A DNA stretch of 64,000 nucleotides, from the NCBI GenBank assembly GCA_030390025.1, contig CM059432.1, forward strand, positions 19,656,001 to 19,720,000. Direction: 5' to 3'. This document shows, piece after piece, positions 38,391 to 51,960 of this stretch (its first letter is position 1; every line of letters begins with the position of its first letter). Both the position numbers and the translations under genes were made by a program. The DNA comes from Squalus acanthias. Taxonomy: Eukaryota. The notes below the pieces were generated by a model that saw only the letters and a list, made by a program, of their open reading frames with translations, did not search any database and had not been told where the DNA came from.

Positions 38391-38795
38391 GCATAGAATC
38401 ATAGAATAATATAGCACAGAAGGAGGCCATTCGGCTCATCGAGTCTGCTCTATCTAAGAGCAATCCAGTTAGTCCTACTCCCCCACTCTTTCCCCACATC
38501 CCTGTAAATTTTTCTCCTTCAAGTATTTATCCAATTCCCTTATGAAGGCTACTATTGAATCTGTTTCCACCACCCTATCAGGCAGTGCATTCCAAATCCT
38601 AACCACTTGTTGCGTAAAAAGTTTTTCATCACGTCGCCTCAGGTTCTTTTGTCAATCGCCTTAAATCTGTGCTCTCTGGTTATCGACCCTTCAGCCATTG
38701 GAAACAGTTTCTCTTTATTTACTCTATCTAAACCCTTCATAATTTTAAACACCTCTATCAAATCTCCTCTTAGCCTTCTCTGCTCTAAGGAGAAG
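38387..38795 (-). mobile_element. CR1 3' fragment
   Basis: (CATAGAAT)n tail in reverse orientation, plus the 3' end of ORF2 matching 15600-16000. Confidence 0.88.
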
Positions 38796-39319
38796 ATCCT
38801 GAGCGTGAATTAAAAAAACGGTGGCAGGGCTTGTGTCTTGTTGGGTGGGGGGATGGGAGGCGGGGGATGGGAGCGGTGGGATGTGGTCTAGCAATTTGCG
38901 ACACCTGGTTTAAATGGGAATCCTTTAGACTGGCCCAGATGCCCAAATGTTGGGAAATGGATTACAGGATATCCCTGCCCCCAAACGCATGTTAATGAAA
39001 TACCTGCCTGTTTGAGGTGGGTGCTTCCTACGTCCCTGTTCACCCCACCCTATCCTCCCCCACAGCACAAAGTGAGCTGAATTCCAGCGGGACAAAGCTT
39101 CTGTCCATCTTTTGCTATTGGCGGCCCCATCAGTGTTGCCATGACGGGCAGGCCAGCAGCAGAACATCCAGGCTTCACTGTCCAGAAACACACATGAAAA
39201 GTAGCTACTGGGATCAGGTGCTGGAGGGTCACTACTGCCCATAAAATGTAACCTAGGAACTAGTTAAGGCCTTCAGGAGAGGCGAGAGAAGAAGTTGGTG
39301 GATAAAGGAGGAGGACTTT

Positions 39320-39952
39320 GGGGGAGAAATTCGTTGCTTTGCGCTTCCCGTTAGCGCCCTAAGAGGGCGCTAATGGGGCGCAAAGCAACTAGCGTCATCG
39401 CCATGCGTAGCGCCCCGCTCACGATCTTCGGTAGCGCCCCCTGACTTACCGCCAGACGTTATGTCTGACAGGGTATGGGGGGCCTACCAGCGGCCGGGGC
39501 GGCGTTAATTAAAGGCGAGGTGCCGAGCGGCCATTTCTGTTGCTGGCCACCTGCCAGCACCTGCCTCCGTTGTCGTCCCCGGCCTCCTGAGCACCCCCCC
39601 CCCTCCCCCCCCGCGGAGTGCCAGCTGCGCTCCATGAGCCCGGCACTTATCTTGAGTGCCGGGCTCGTTTGCCGGCACTCCGATCCCGGTGGCCCAGCTG
39701 GGCCCCAAGTCGCGTTGCGCAAGGCCCCTCCCCTTTAAGAAGGGGAGGAAGGCCTGCAATACCGCGGCGCGACGTGCCACAGCGCCATAGCGCCACGATA
39801 TTCCCTCGCAGTGCCCAAAGAGGGAGGCGGGGTGCTTCCAGTAGCTTACCTCTTGGGGTGCTACCGATGAATTTCGGCCGCGGGGAGCGCTAATTTTTTC
39901 GGGCCCCGGCGAAGTTAGCGCCCCAAAGGTGGCGCGACTCAACTTTTCCCCC
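39320..39952. mobile_element. Harbinger MITE
   Basis: Ends GGGGGAGAAATT / AACTTTTCCCCC. TSD TTT. Interior related to the 37647 and 59125 copies. Confidence 0.85.
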
Positions 39953-40823
39953 TTTGTTTTTAAATGGAAACATTTATGCATCTTGAATGTTGGGGCCACA
40001 GATTCCAGGTTAGAAATGGATGAATGCTCAACACATTGAAGGGATAGTCCTCTCTCTCTTACTTTAACTCAAGTATTCACCTCTTTATTTTAAATGGGTT
40101 AGAGCCTCTCCTAAAATAGCAAAGGATTGTCATATAAGCACATCAAGCGTGCATCTGCTAATACTTCCAGCAAGAATTTCTAGACCTACATTTGTTATCA
40201 AACTCCTGTTTTCAATTAGAACCCACTGTGTGACTGAAGGTTCATTACTGGACTTTTTTTTTAGATGCTATTGATGCTTGATCCATGCTTTTACATGCTG
40301 CTCGGGCTCCGTTACCTTTGCAAGCACTGGGGAAAGCTACTTGCTCATTGCATTCTTGATTCTTCTGCCTTATTTGCCTTATGGTCTAGCTGGTTGACAA
40401 CACTATTGTAAGGTTAATACAGTATGCTGTTCAGATTCATGCCCTTTATCCTTAAGTTGCATCATCTAAGCTGCATTGCCTAAAACAGTAAAAAGAAAAG
40501 AAATATTACAAGGGCTGTGTATTAGACACTTGGGGGTGAAACTCCTTTACTAATGAAAGCGGGAGATAGCGTGTTTATCTCAGTAATTTATGACCCTTTC
40601 ATTAAATCGCGTATAGCATTTCAGAGAATGTAATCTTGGTGGTGGGATGTTAATTATGGGGAACAGGCATTTCTCTTGTTAATTAGAGGAATGTTATTGT
40701 CTCTAATGCTTATTATTTGGGTAGGTCCTATTTCCAAACAAATATTGCCTGTGCAAATTAGTTCTAATCAGAATACTGCAAAACACATCCGCACTTTCAA
40801 AATAACAACTAAACCCTCAAAGC

Positions 40824-41643
40824 TTTTTTTTTATTCGTTCCTGGGATGTGGGCGTCCTAATTGCCCTTGAGAAGGTGGTGGTGAGCCGCTGCCTTGAACC
40901 GCTGCAGTCCTTGTGGTGAAGGTACTCCCACAGTGCTGTTAGGGAGGGAGTTCCAGGATTTTGACCCAGCGACAATGAAGGATCGGCGATATATTTCCAA
41001 GTCAGGATGGTGTGTGACTTGGAGGGAAACTTGGAGGTGGTGGTGTTTCCATGCGCCTGCTGCCCTTGTCCTTCTAGGTGGTAGAGGTCGCAGGTTTGGG
41101 AGGTGCTGCCGAAGAAGCCTTGGTGAGTTGCTGCAGTGCATCTTGTAGATTGTACACACTGCAGCCACGGTACGCCGGTGGTGGAGGGAGTGAATGTTTA
41201 AGGTGGTGGATGGGGTGCCAATCAAGTGGGCTGCTTTGTCCTGGATGGTGTCAAGCTTCTTGAGTGTTGTTGGCGCGGCACTCATCCAGGCAAGTGGAGA
41301 GTATTCCATCACGCTCTTGACTTGTGCCTTGTAGATGGTGGAAAGGCTTTGGGGAGTCAGGAGGTGAGACACTCGCCGCAGAATACCCAGCCTCTGACCT
41401 GCTCTTGCAGCCATTGTATTTATGTGGCTGTTCCAGTTAAGATTCTGGTCAATGATGGCCCCCAGGATGTTGATGGTGGGGGATTCGGCGATGGTAATGC
41501 TGTTGAACGTCAAGGGGTGGTGATTACATTCTCGCTTGTGGGAGATAGTCATTCCCTGGCACTTGTGTTACTTGCCACTTATCAGCCCAAGCCTGAATGT
41601 CATCCAGGTCTTGCTGCATTTGGGCATGGACTGCTTCATTATC
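40824..41643 (-). mobile_element. Second LINE family, ORF2 C-terminus and tail
   Basis: 231-aa ORF with ILGAIIDQNLNWNSHI and TIYKAQVKSVMEYSPLAW (post-RT region of CR1/L2/Jockey-group LINEs). Poly-T at the left end. Confidence 0.88.
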
Positions 41644-41970
41644 ATGTAGCTAAGAACTATATACTGTCTTTAAAGTTATTGTGGAATGTTTATTATCCAA
41701 TTAACAAAATTAGAAGATGCAATTTTGGTCTCAGTCACGTATTATGCTATCCCTATGAATGACAATAGCCTCATGTTTTACAGTTTATGAATTATTACTA
41801 TTTAAAAGGAACATTTATGACAGTTTCGCTTCTTTCCACTCAGACCTTATCTTGCTGCAAAGGCATAACAGAAACCTTTTTTCAACCTTCATGGCTTAAA
41901 AACTTTTCATAATTAGAACTTTTATATGACTGATGTCTCACAGGCTTGTTATCTTTTTCCTCTGAACTCG

Positions 41971-44900
41971 TGTGGTAAATAAGGTTGGTGAGCTGCAGGC
42001 GCAAATAGACACATGGGAATATGATATCATGGCGATAATGGAGACCTGGCTCAAAAAAGGGCAAGATTGTATACTAAATATTCCTGGAAATAAGGTGTTC
42101 AGGAAAGATAGGTAAGGAAAGAAAGGAGGTGCGGTGGCAATATTGATTAAGGAGAATATTACAGTGCTGGAGAGAGAGGATGTCCTGGAGGGGTCAAGGA
42201 CAGAATCTATTTGGTTAATAGAGGTGCCATTACATTACTAGGTGTATTCTATAGGCCGCCAACTAGTGGGAAGGATATAGAGGAGCAAATTTGCAGGGAA
42301 ATTACAGAGAGGTGCAAGAACTATAGAGTAGTGATAATGGGGGACTTCAACTATCCTAATATAGACTGGGATAGTAATAGTGTAAAGGGCAGAGAGGGGG
42401 AAGAATTTCTGAAGTGTGTTCAGGAGAGCTTTCTTGATCAGTACGTTTCTGGCCCAACGAGGAAGGAGGCATTGCTGGATCTGGTTCTGGGGAATGAGGT
42501 GGGTCAAGTAGAGCAAGTGTTAGTAGGGGAACATTTAGGGAACAGTGATCACAGTATCATAAGGTTTAGACTAGCTATGGAAAAGAACAGGGAGCAATCT
42601 AGAGTAAAAATACTTAATTGGAAGAAAGCCAAATTCAGTGGGTTGAGAATGGATCTGGCTTGAGTAACTTGGAATCAAATATTGGCAGGCAAAACTGTAA
42701 TCGAACAATGGACTGCCTTTAAAGAGGAGATGGTTCGGGTACAGTCGAGGTACATTTCCACGAGGGGGAAAGGTAGGGCAACCAAAGCCAGAGCTCCCTG
42801 GATGATGAAAGAGATAGAGAGTAAGATGAAGCAGAAAAAGGGGGCGTATGACAGATGTCAGGTTGAGAATACAGGTGAGAACCAGGCTGAATATAGAAAG
42901 TTCAGAGGGGAAGTGAAAAAGGAAATAAGAGGGGCAAAGAGAGAGTATGAGAATAGATTGGCAGCTAACATAAAAGGGAATCCAAAAGTCTTCTATAGGC
43001 ATATAAATAGTAAACGAGTAGTAAGAGGAGGGGTGGGGCCAATTAGGGACTAAAATGGAGACCTACGCATGGAGGCAGAGGGCATGGCTAAAGTACTAAA
43101 TGAGTACTTTGCATCTGTCTTTACCAAGGAAGAAGATGCCAAAGTCATAGTGAAAGAGGAGATAGTTGAGATACTGGATTGATAAGGAGGAGGTACTAGA
43201 AAGGCTGGCTGTGCTTAAAGTAGATAAATCACCAGGACTAGATGGGATGCATCCTAGGACGCTGAGGGAAGTAAAGGTGGAAATTGCGGAGGTACAGGCC
43301 ATAATCTTCCAATCCTTCCTGGATACGGGGGGTGCTGCCAGAGGACTGGAGAATTGCAAATGTTACACCCTGTTCAAAAAAGGGTGTAAGGATAAACCCA
43401 GCAACTACAGATCAGTCTTCCCCACTCGGAAGTGGGGAAGCTTTTAGAAATGATAATCTGGGACAAAATTAACAGTCACTTGGACAAGTGTGCATTAACT
43501 AAGGAAAGCCAGCACAGATTTGTTAAAGCCAAATCATGTTTAACTAACTTGATTGAGTTTTTTGATGAGGTAGCAGAGAGGGTTGATGAGGGAAATGCGG
43601 TTGACATGGTTTACATGGACTTCCAAAAGGCGTTTGATAAAGTGCCACATAATAGGCTTGCCAGCAAAGGTGAAGCCCATTGAATAAAATGGACAGCGGC
43701 AGCATGGATACGAAATTGGCTAAGTGACAGAAAATAGAGAATTGTGGTGAACGGTTGTTTTTTGGACTAGAGGAAGGTATACAGTGGTGTTCCCCAGGCG
43801 TCGGTCTAGGACCACTGCTTTTCTTGATATATATTAATGACTTAGACTTGGGTGTACAGGGCACAATTTCAAAATTTGCAGATGACACAAAACTTGGAAG
43901 TATAGTGAACAGTGAGGAGGATAGTGATAGACTTCAAGAAGACATAGACAGGCTGGTGGAATGGTCGGACACGTGGCAGATGAAATTTAAAGCAGAAAAG
44001 TGCGAAGTGATACATTTTGGTAGGAAGAACAAGAAGAGGCAATATAAAATAAAGGGTACAATTCTAAAGTGGGTGTATGAACAGAGAGACCTGGGGGTAT
44101 ATGTGCACAAATCACTGAAGGTGGCAGGTGTAGCCATCGGCGCAGACTCCGTGGATTTTTTAGATTATGAACATATACCCTTATTAAAAACTGGACAGGC
44201 TGTTTGGGGGGAAGCAGTGGAAAACCACTCAAGCTGAAGGTGGCTGACGTAACCAGGTTGCATTCGTATGGTAACGGACTGTCCTTGGAAACAATGGCCC
44301 AAGAGGCCCACTCCCAAGTCATGAATAACGAGGCTGGTGACTCATTGTTTCTGGAGAAGATGAGCTCGTTAAGTTAATCGGCTGGGAGATCGAAACGAGA
44401 TCTAAACCATCCAAACCTGGGAGGAGGCCTGGAAACCATTTCCCTGCGGCCATGTGTCCATTAAAACCACAGACAGCGGTCTGTGTATTGGGGGGGTGTA
44501 TCAGAGAGCAGTTTGGATAGCTCTCTCTCTCTCTCTCCTGCCCTCCACACAATGGAACGTCAAGAGGAGCTGAGCCTTGCTATTCCAACCGAAACAGACT
44601 TCGACTCAGACTGGGACTCGCATGCCGCAAGGCCGGTACGGAACCAGGTAGCCGAGATGTACGGGAGGAAGCTACAAGCAAGATCAAGGGCAATCTAGGT
44701 GAGCATTGCCAAGCCTGCACACCCACAAGATCACTTAGCTGTGTGAGGGGGTGCCTGTATGTTCCTACCAAACCAGAGGGGGTTTAGCGTTGGAAGGGTC
44801 CTGTGATAGTTTAGTTCACGGGAGGGTGTTTTTAGGCCGTGGTAAGTCAGCACGGGGGCTTGTTGGACAAGTCAGGGTTGTACTGTTTTAAACTGTACTG

Positions 44901-45815
44901 TTGTGTTCACGCCGCTCGTACTGTACGCGAGTGGAGTGGTTTTGTCAACCTTAATAAACACTGTACGGGTGAGCCCGAAAACGCTGTCCCTGTTCCAATC
45001 TGTCCTCAGTAATCCCTATAGTCCAGAACTTGTAGGAAGGGGGTTTGCGTGCTCGCTACGGGCGGGGCGAAACCACTTACAATAATTGGCGATTGCGACA
45101 GGGCCCATAGGAAATTGGCCACCGCAGAAACCGATTACACAGGGCAGGTTGAGAAAGAGGTTAAAAAAGCATATGGGATCCTGGGCTTCATAAATAGAGG
45201 CATAAAGTACAAAAGCAAGGAAGTTATGATGAAACTTTATAAAACACTGGTTCGGCCTCAGCTGGAGTATTGTGTCCAATTCTGGGCACCGCACTTTAGG
45301 AAGGATGTGAAGGCCTTAGAGAGGGTGCAGAAAAGATTTACAAGAATGGTTCCAGGGATGAGGGACTTCAGTTATGTGGATAGACTGGAGAAGCTGGGGT
45401 TGTTCTCCTTAGAGAAAGAAGGTTGAGAGGAGATTTGATAGAGGTGTTCAAAATCATGTGGGGTCTAGATAGAGTAGATAGAGAGAAACTGTTCCCATTG
45501 GCAGAAGTGTCGAGAACCAGAGGACACAGATTTAAGGTGATTGGCAAAAGAACTAAAGGTGACATGAGGAAAAACATTTTGATGCAGCGAGTGGTTAGCA
45601 TCTGGAATTCACCACCTGAAAGGGTGGTGGAGGCAGATTCAAGCGTGGCTTTCAAAAGGTAATTGGATAAGTACCTGAAGGAAATAAATTTGCAGGGCTA
45701 CGGGGAAAGGGCGGGGGAGTGGGATTGGCTGCAGTGCTCTTGCAGAGAGCCAGCATGGGCTCGATGGGCTGAATGGCCTCCTTCTGTGCTGTAACCATTT
45801 TATGATATTATGATT
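41971..45815 (+). mobile_element. CR1 LINE ORF2 (APE endonuclease plus RT), disrupted and split by a solo LTR
   Basis: GVFYRPP, MGDFNYP, LDLVL, GNSDH; YMDFQKAFDKV, FADDTK; 3' tail at ~45770-45815. Confidence 0.95.
44129..45139 (+). mobile_element. Solo LTR (Gypsy- or ERV-type)
   Basis: TGTA...TACA ends, 4-bp TSD CAGG (44125-44128, 45140-45143), AATAAA at 44953. Removing it restores the CR1 reading KVAGQVEK. Confidence 0.88.
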
Positions 45816-46048
45816 CGTTATGTCCAGTAATCACTCAAATTGGTGTGGTAATGTAAAGGGTGTTTTTATTTCAGACTCTCTAGAACATTCTCTTTAGATA
45901 CAACATACACTGTAAGAGGAGATCTTGGAGTGTTATTGCTGCAGTATGTTGCTTCCATCAACGGACCCGCAAGTGTTCAGTTACGCAATATGTAAGTAAA
46001 ATACACATCAGAACTGTTCTTACTTGGTAAGCATTGATTCGAAGAGGA

Positions 46049-46368
46049 TTTTTTTTTTAATTTATTCGTTCATGGAATGTGGGCGTCGCTGGCATGGCCA
46101 GCATTTATTGCCCATCCCTAATTGCCCTTGAGAAGGCGGTGGGGGAGCCACCTTCCTGAATCGCTGCAGTCCGTGTGGTGAAGGTACTCCCACAGTGCTG
46201 CTAGGGAGGGAGTTCCAGGATTTTGACCCAGCGGCGATGGTGTGTGACTTGAAGGGGAACTGGGAGGTGGTGGTGTTCCCATGCGTCTGCTGCCCTTGTC
46301 TTTCTAGGTGGCAGAGGTCGCGGGTTTGTGAGGTGCTGTCGAAGAAGCCTTGGCGAGCTGCTGCAGTG
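46049..46368 (-). mobile_element. Second LINE family 3' fragment
   Basis: Matches 40824-41140. Confidence 0.85.
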
Positions 46369-47934
46369 TATTCGTCAAAGGCCTATTAGTCACTACTTAA
46401 CACTCTGTAATCAATTAACTGTTTTGGATGTTATTTACCTCAATTGGGGAAAATAAAAAGCATGATTCTGGTAAAAATGTGTCGGAATATTTCCTTCAAT
46501 TATCGAGTGCTCCAGTCAATTAAAGCCCTAGCTGTTAATAGTTCAAACAAGCAATTAAAATGTTTCCTAAAGGACTTCCTGAAAGTAACTTTTATAACAA
46601 GAGGTCAGCACACAAGAGATTCCTGAATACGATACTCATGTTTGTACAATTGAGCTTAAACTGTAAGATCTATGCCAGCGAATATATGAAATATAGTAAA
46701 GACAGTCTAAGATGTCTATATTCTTGTAGAAAAATGAAGTCCTGGGTTGTATTAGCAGAGAGCTTATTGAGAACAGGAGGTGCAACATTAATTTGATAAT
46801 AAAGCTGAAGATGTAAGTCTCTGAATATTAAAATTTTAATAAGGCAATCCTTTACTAGCAGTATTTTTTTGTTAAATTGCGGTTAGCAATTTTATTTGGG
46901 GATTTAGTTCAGTGATTGAAAAGAAGATTGTGTCCACATTGAAACGGCTTACTCAGCCTGTTATAACCTTTAAGAGATGCCAATTTTCAAAGAATTAAAA
47001 AAAATCCTTGCAAATGTTTAAAACAAAATACTAATCTAGCATTAACCTTGTGAGTACAGATTGCGGGGGCTACAGATGATGGCTTTCGTCTTACAAATGT
47101 TTAACTGAAAGAAATTGCATGTCATCCAAAATTGGATGTCAGAAGTCTAACATCACAGAGGCAGTGGACTGGTCAAGAGAGGTGGTGAGAGGTAGAGCTA
47201 GCGTACATGTGGAAGCTGATCCCACACCTGCGGATGATGTTGCCAAGGGGCAGCATGTAGATGAGGAAGAGATGAGGGCTAAGGAAAATCCTTGGGGGTG
47301 TGCAGATGTAACGGTGCAGGGGCAGGAAGGAATGCCACTGATGGAGATGCTCTGGCTATGATTGGTTAGGCAAGAGTAGAACCAAGTGAGGACAGTCCCA
47401 TTGAGCAATGGAGAAAAGGCATTTTTGGAGGGTGATGTGAAGGCTGCAGAGAGGTAAGGAGGATAAGGAAGGATAGTGCACCACAGTCACAGACTTTGAT
47501 CAGTGCTGTGCAGGGCGGAAACCTAATTGGAGAGGTTCAACCATGGAGTTGCAGGAAAGATGGGCACAGATTTTGGAACTAACAACATGTTCAAGGACTT
47601 GGAGAGAAGAGCTTGATTGGAGATGATATGGTAGTTTGCAAGAAGAGAGGGATTGAGGATGGGTTTTTTGAGGAGCGGGTGATAATGGTGGTTTTGCAAG
47701 AGAAGGAGACAGTACCTGAGGAGAGAGAACCATTTACAATGTCAGCTAGCATGGCAGCCAGGAAGGGACATTGGGTGGGAATGGGGTCAAAGGAACAAAA
47801 GGTGGGTCACAGAGACAAGATGAACTTGGAGGGGGCATGATAGGAGAGAAACTAGAGAGAGCGAGAGAGGTTCAGCATTAAAGTGGGGCGAAGACTGGGT
47901 GGAGGTTTGGATTGGCGTGTAAGTAGCAGAGGCA

Positions 47935-48839
47935 GCTCCTCCTGCACTATGTGGGAAATCCCTGACGACCATGTGTGTGGGAAGTGTATCCAGCTGCAGC
48001 TAATGGCAGACCGCATTGCGGCGCTGGAGCTGCGAATGGATGCATACTGGAGCATTCGCGATGCTGAGGACATTGTGGATAGCACGTTTAGGGAGTTGGT
48101 CACACTGCAGGTAAAGGCTGCACAGGCAGGAAGGGAATGGGTGACCGCCAGGCAGAGTAGTAGGCGCAAGCAGGTAGTGCAGGGGTCCCCTGTGGCCATC
48201 CCCCTCTCAAACAGATATACCGCTTTGGATATTGTTGAGGGGGATGACTTATCAGGGGAAGGCAGGAGCAGCCAACGTCCTGGCACCATGGGTGGTTCTG
48301 CTGCACAGGACGGGAGGAAAAAGAGCGGGAGAGCTATAGTGATAGGGGATTCTATTGTAAGGGGAATAGATAGGCGTTTCCGCGGCTGCAAACGAGACTC
48401 CAGGATGGTATGTTGCCTCCCTGGTGCAAGGGTCAAGGATGTCTCGGAGCGGCTGCAGGGCATTCTGGAGGGGGAGGGAAAACAGCCAGTTGTCATGGTG
48501 CATATAGGTACCAACGATATAGGTAAAAAATGGGATGAGGTCCTAAAAGCTGAATATAGGGAGTTAGGAGGTAAATTAAAAGATAGGACCTCAAATGTAG
48601 TAATCTCAGGATTGCTACCAGTGCCACGTACTAGTCAGAGTAGAAATAGAAGGATATTTCAGATGAATACGTAGCTAGAGGAATGGTGCAAGGGGGAGGG
48701 ATTCAAATTCCTGGGACATTGGAACTGGTTCTGGGGGAGGTGGGACCAGTACAAACTGGACGGTCTGCACCTGGGCAGGACCGAGACCGATGTCCTAGGG
48801 GGAGTGTTTGTGAGTGCTCTTGGGGAGGGTTTAAACTAA
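47935..48839 (+). pseudogene. CR1 ORF1p: Cys knuckle, coiled coil and SGNH/GDSL esterase
   Basis: CTMWE...VCGKC; esterase blocks IGDS, LPGA, GTND, DGLH. One internal TAG at 48672-48674. 5'-truncated. Confidence 0.9.
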
Positions 48840-51790
48840 AATGGAAGGGGGTTGGGAACCTATGCAGGGAGACAGAGGAAAGGGAAGCAAGGATAGAAGC
48901 AAAAGACAGGAAGGAGAAAAGCAAAAGTGGAAGGCAGAGAAATCAAGGGTGTAAATCAAACAGGGCCACAGTAAATAATAATTCTAAAAGGACTAAGAGT
49001 GTTAAAAAAACAAGCCTGAAGGCTTTGTGTCTTAATGCAAGAAGCATTCGTAAAAAGGTGGATGAATTAGCTGCACAAATGGATGTAAATGGATATGATA
49101 TAATTGGGATTACGGAGGCATGGCTCCAGAGTGACCAAGGCTGGGAATTCAACATCCAGGGGTATTCAATATTCAGGAAGGACAGGAAAAAAGGAAAAGG
49201 AGGTGGGGTAGCATTGCTGGTTAAAGAGGAGATTAACACAATAGTAAGGAAGGATATTAGCTCTGATGATGTGGAATCTGTATGGGTGGAGCTGAGAAAT
49301 ACCAAGGGGCAGAAAATGTTAGTCGGAGTTGTATACAGACCCCCAAACAGTAATGCTGAGGTTGGGGATGGCATTAAACAGGAAATTAGAGATGCGTGCA
49401 ATAAGGGCACAGCAGTCATCATGGGTGACTTCAATCTACATATAGATTGGGCTAACCAAGTTAGTAACAATACTATGGAGGAGGAATTCCTAGAGTGTAT
49501 ACGGGATGGTTTCCTGGACCAATATGTCGAGGAACCAACTAGAGATCAGGCCATCTTAGACTGGGTATTATGTAATGAGAAAGGATTAATTAGCAATGTT
49601 GTTGTGTGAGGACCCTTGGGGAGGAGTGATCATAATATGATAGAATTCTTCATTAAGATGGAGAGTGAAGTAGTTGACTCAGAGACTGCGGTCCTGAATT
49701 TAAATAAAGGAAACTACGATGGTATGAGGCGCGAGTTGGCTAGGATGGATTGGGGAGCGTTACTTAAAGGGTTGACGGTGGATAGGCAATGGCAAACATT
49801 TAAAGATCACATGGATGAACTACAGAATTTGTTCATCCCTGTTTGGCATAAAAATAAAACAAAAAAGGTGACTCAACCGTGGCTAACAAAGGAAATTAGG
49901 GATAGCATAAGATCCAAGGAGAACACATATAAATTGGCCAGAAAAAGCAGCAAACCTGAGGATTGGGAACAGTTTAGGATTCAGCAAAGGAGGACAAAGG
50001 GATTAATTAAGAGGGGGGAAATAGAATATGAGAGTAAGCTTGCAGGGAACTGACTGTAAAAGCTTCTATAGATATGCGAAGAGAAAAAGATTGGTGAAGT
50101 CAAGCGTAGGTCCCTTGCAGTCAGAATCAGGGGAATTTATAATGGGGAACAAAGAAATGGCAGACCAATTAAATACATACTTTGGTTCTGTCTTCACAAA
50201 GGAGGACACAAATAACCTCCCAGAGATGTCGGGGAACATAGGGTCTAATGAGAGGGAGGAATTGAATGAAATCAGTATTTGTAGGGAAATGGTGTTAGGG
50301 AAATTGATGGGATTGAAGGCCGATAAATCCCCAGGGCCTGATAATCTACATCCTAGGGTACTTAAGGAAGTGGCCCGAGAAATAGTAGATGCATTGCTGG
50401 TCATCTTCCAAAATTCTATAGACTCTGGAACAGTTCCCATGGATTGGAGGGTAGCTAATGTAACCCTACTATTTAAAAAAGGTGGTAGAGAGAAAACGGG
50501 GAATTATTGACTGGTAAGCCTGACATCGGTAGTGGGGAAAATGCTAGAGTCCATTATAAAAGATGTAATAGCAGAGCACTTGGAAAACAGTGACAGGATC
50601 GGACAAAGTCAACATGGATTTACAAAAGGTAAATCATGCTTGACTAATCTACTGGAATTTTTTGAGGATGTAATTGGTAGAATAGATAAGGGAGAACCAG
50701 TGGATGTGGTGTATTTGGACTTTCAGAAGGCTTTTGATAAGGTCCCGCATGAGAGATTGGCGTGCAAAGTTAAAGCACATTGGATAGAGAACTGGTTGGC
50801 AGACAGGAAGCAAAGAGTTGGAATAAACGGGTCTTTTTCCGAGTGGCAGGCAGTGACTAGTGAGGTACCGCAGGGATCGGTGCTAGGACCCCAGTTATTC
50901 ACAATATATATTAATGATCTAGACGAGGGAACTAGATGTAATATTTCCAAGTTTGCAGACGACACAAAGCTGGGTGGGCGTGTGTGCTGTGAGGAGGATG
51001 CCGAGAAACTCCAGTATGATTTGGACAGGTTGGGTGATTGGGCAGATGCATGGCAGATGCAGTATAATGTGGATAAATGCGAGGTTATCCACTTTGGTGG
51101 CAAAAACAGGAAGACAGATTATTATCTGAACGGCAATAGATTGGGAAAAGGGGAAGTGCAACGAGACCTGGGTGTCCTTGTGCACCAGTGGCTGAAGTTA
51201 AGTATGCAGGTGCAGCAGGCGGTTAAGAAGGCAAATGGTATGTTGGCCTTCATAGCGAGACGATTCGAGTACAGGAGCAAGGATGTCTTGCTGCAGTTGT
51301 ACAGGGCCTTGGTGAGACCACACCTTGAGTATTGTTTGCAGTTTTGGTCGCCTTATCTGAGAAAGGATGTTCTTGCCATGGAGGGAGTGCAGCGAAGATT
51401 CACCAGACTGATACCTGGGATGGCAGGAATGACGTATGAAGAGAGATTGGGTCGATTAGGCATATATTCGCTAGAGTTTAGAAGAATGAGAGGGGATCTC
51501 ATTGAAACTTATAAAATTCTAACAGGCTAGACAGACTAGATGCAGGAAGGATGTTCCCGATGGCGGGGGAGTCCAGAACCAGAGGTCACAGTCTAAGGAT
51601 AAGGGATAAGCCATTTAGGACAGAGATGAGGAAGAATTTCTTCACCCAGAGAGTGGTGAACCTGTGGAATTCTCTACCACAGAAGGCAGTTGAGGCCAAT
51701 TCATTAAATATATTCAAGAAGGAGATAGATATATTTCTTAAGGCTAAAGGGACCAAGGGATACGGGGAGAAAGCAGGGACAGGGTACTGA
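48840..51790 (+). pseudogene. CR1 ORF2p (endonuclease and reverse transcriptase) with stops and frameshifts
   Basis: Consecutive ORFs 48683-49609, 49616-50053, 50028-50510, 50532-51530 and 51551-51790. Confidence 0.93.
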
Positions 51791-51960
51791 ATTTGGATGA
51801 TCAGCCATGATCTCATTGAATGGCGGAGCAGGCTCGAGGGGCCGAATGGCCTACTCCTGCTCCTATCTTCTATGTTTCTATGAACAGATGATGCCAACCT
51901 TAGTGACAAAGAAGTCCATGAGTTCCTCACAATTGTTGTTGGAGTTGAGCGTGGAGGGGG

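Larger units (their letters stand above)
47935..51882 (+). mobile_element. Near full-length CR1 LINE (ORF1 plus ORF2)
   Basis: ORF1, then APE endonuclease (CLNARSI, GITEAWL, VYRPP, GDFN, SDH) and RT. Tail TTCTATGTTTCTATG. Confidence 0.96.
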
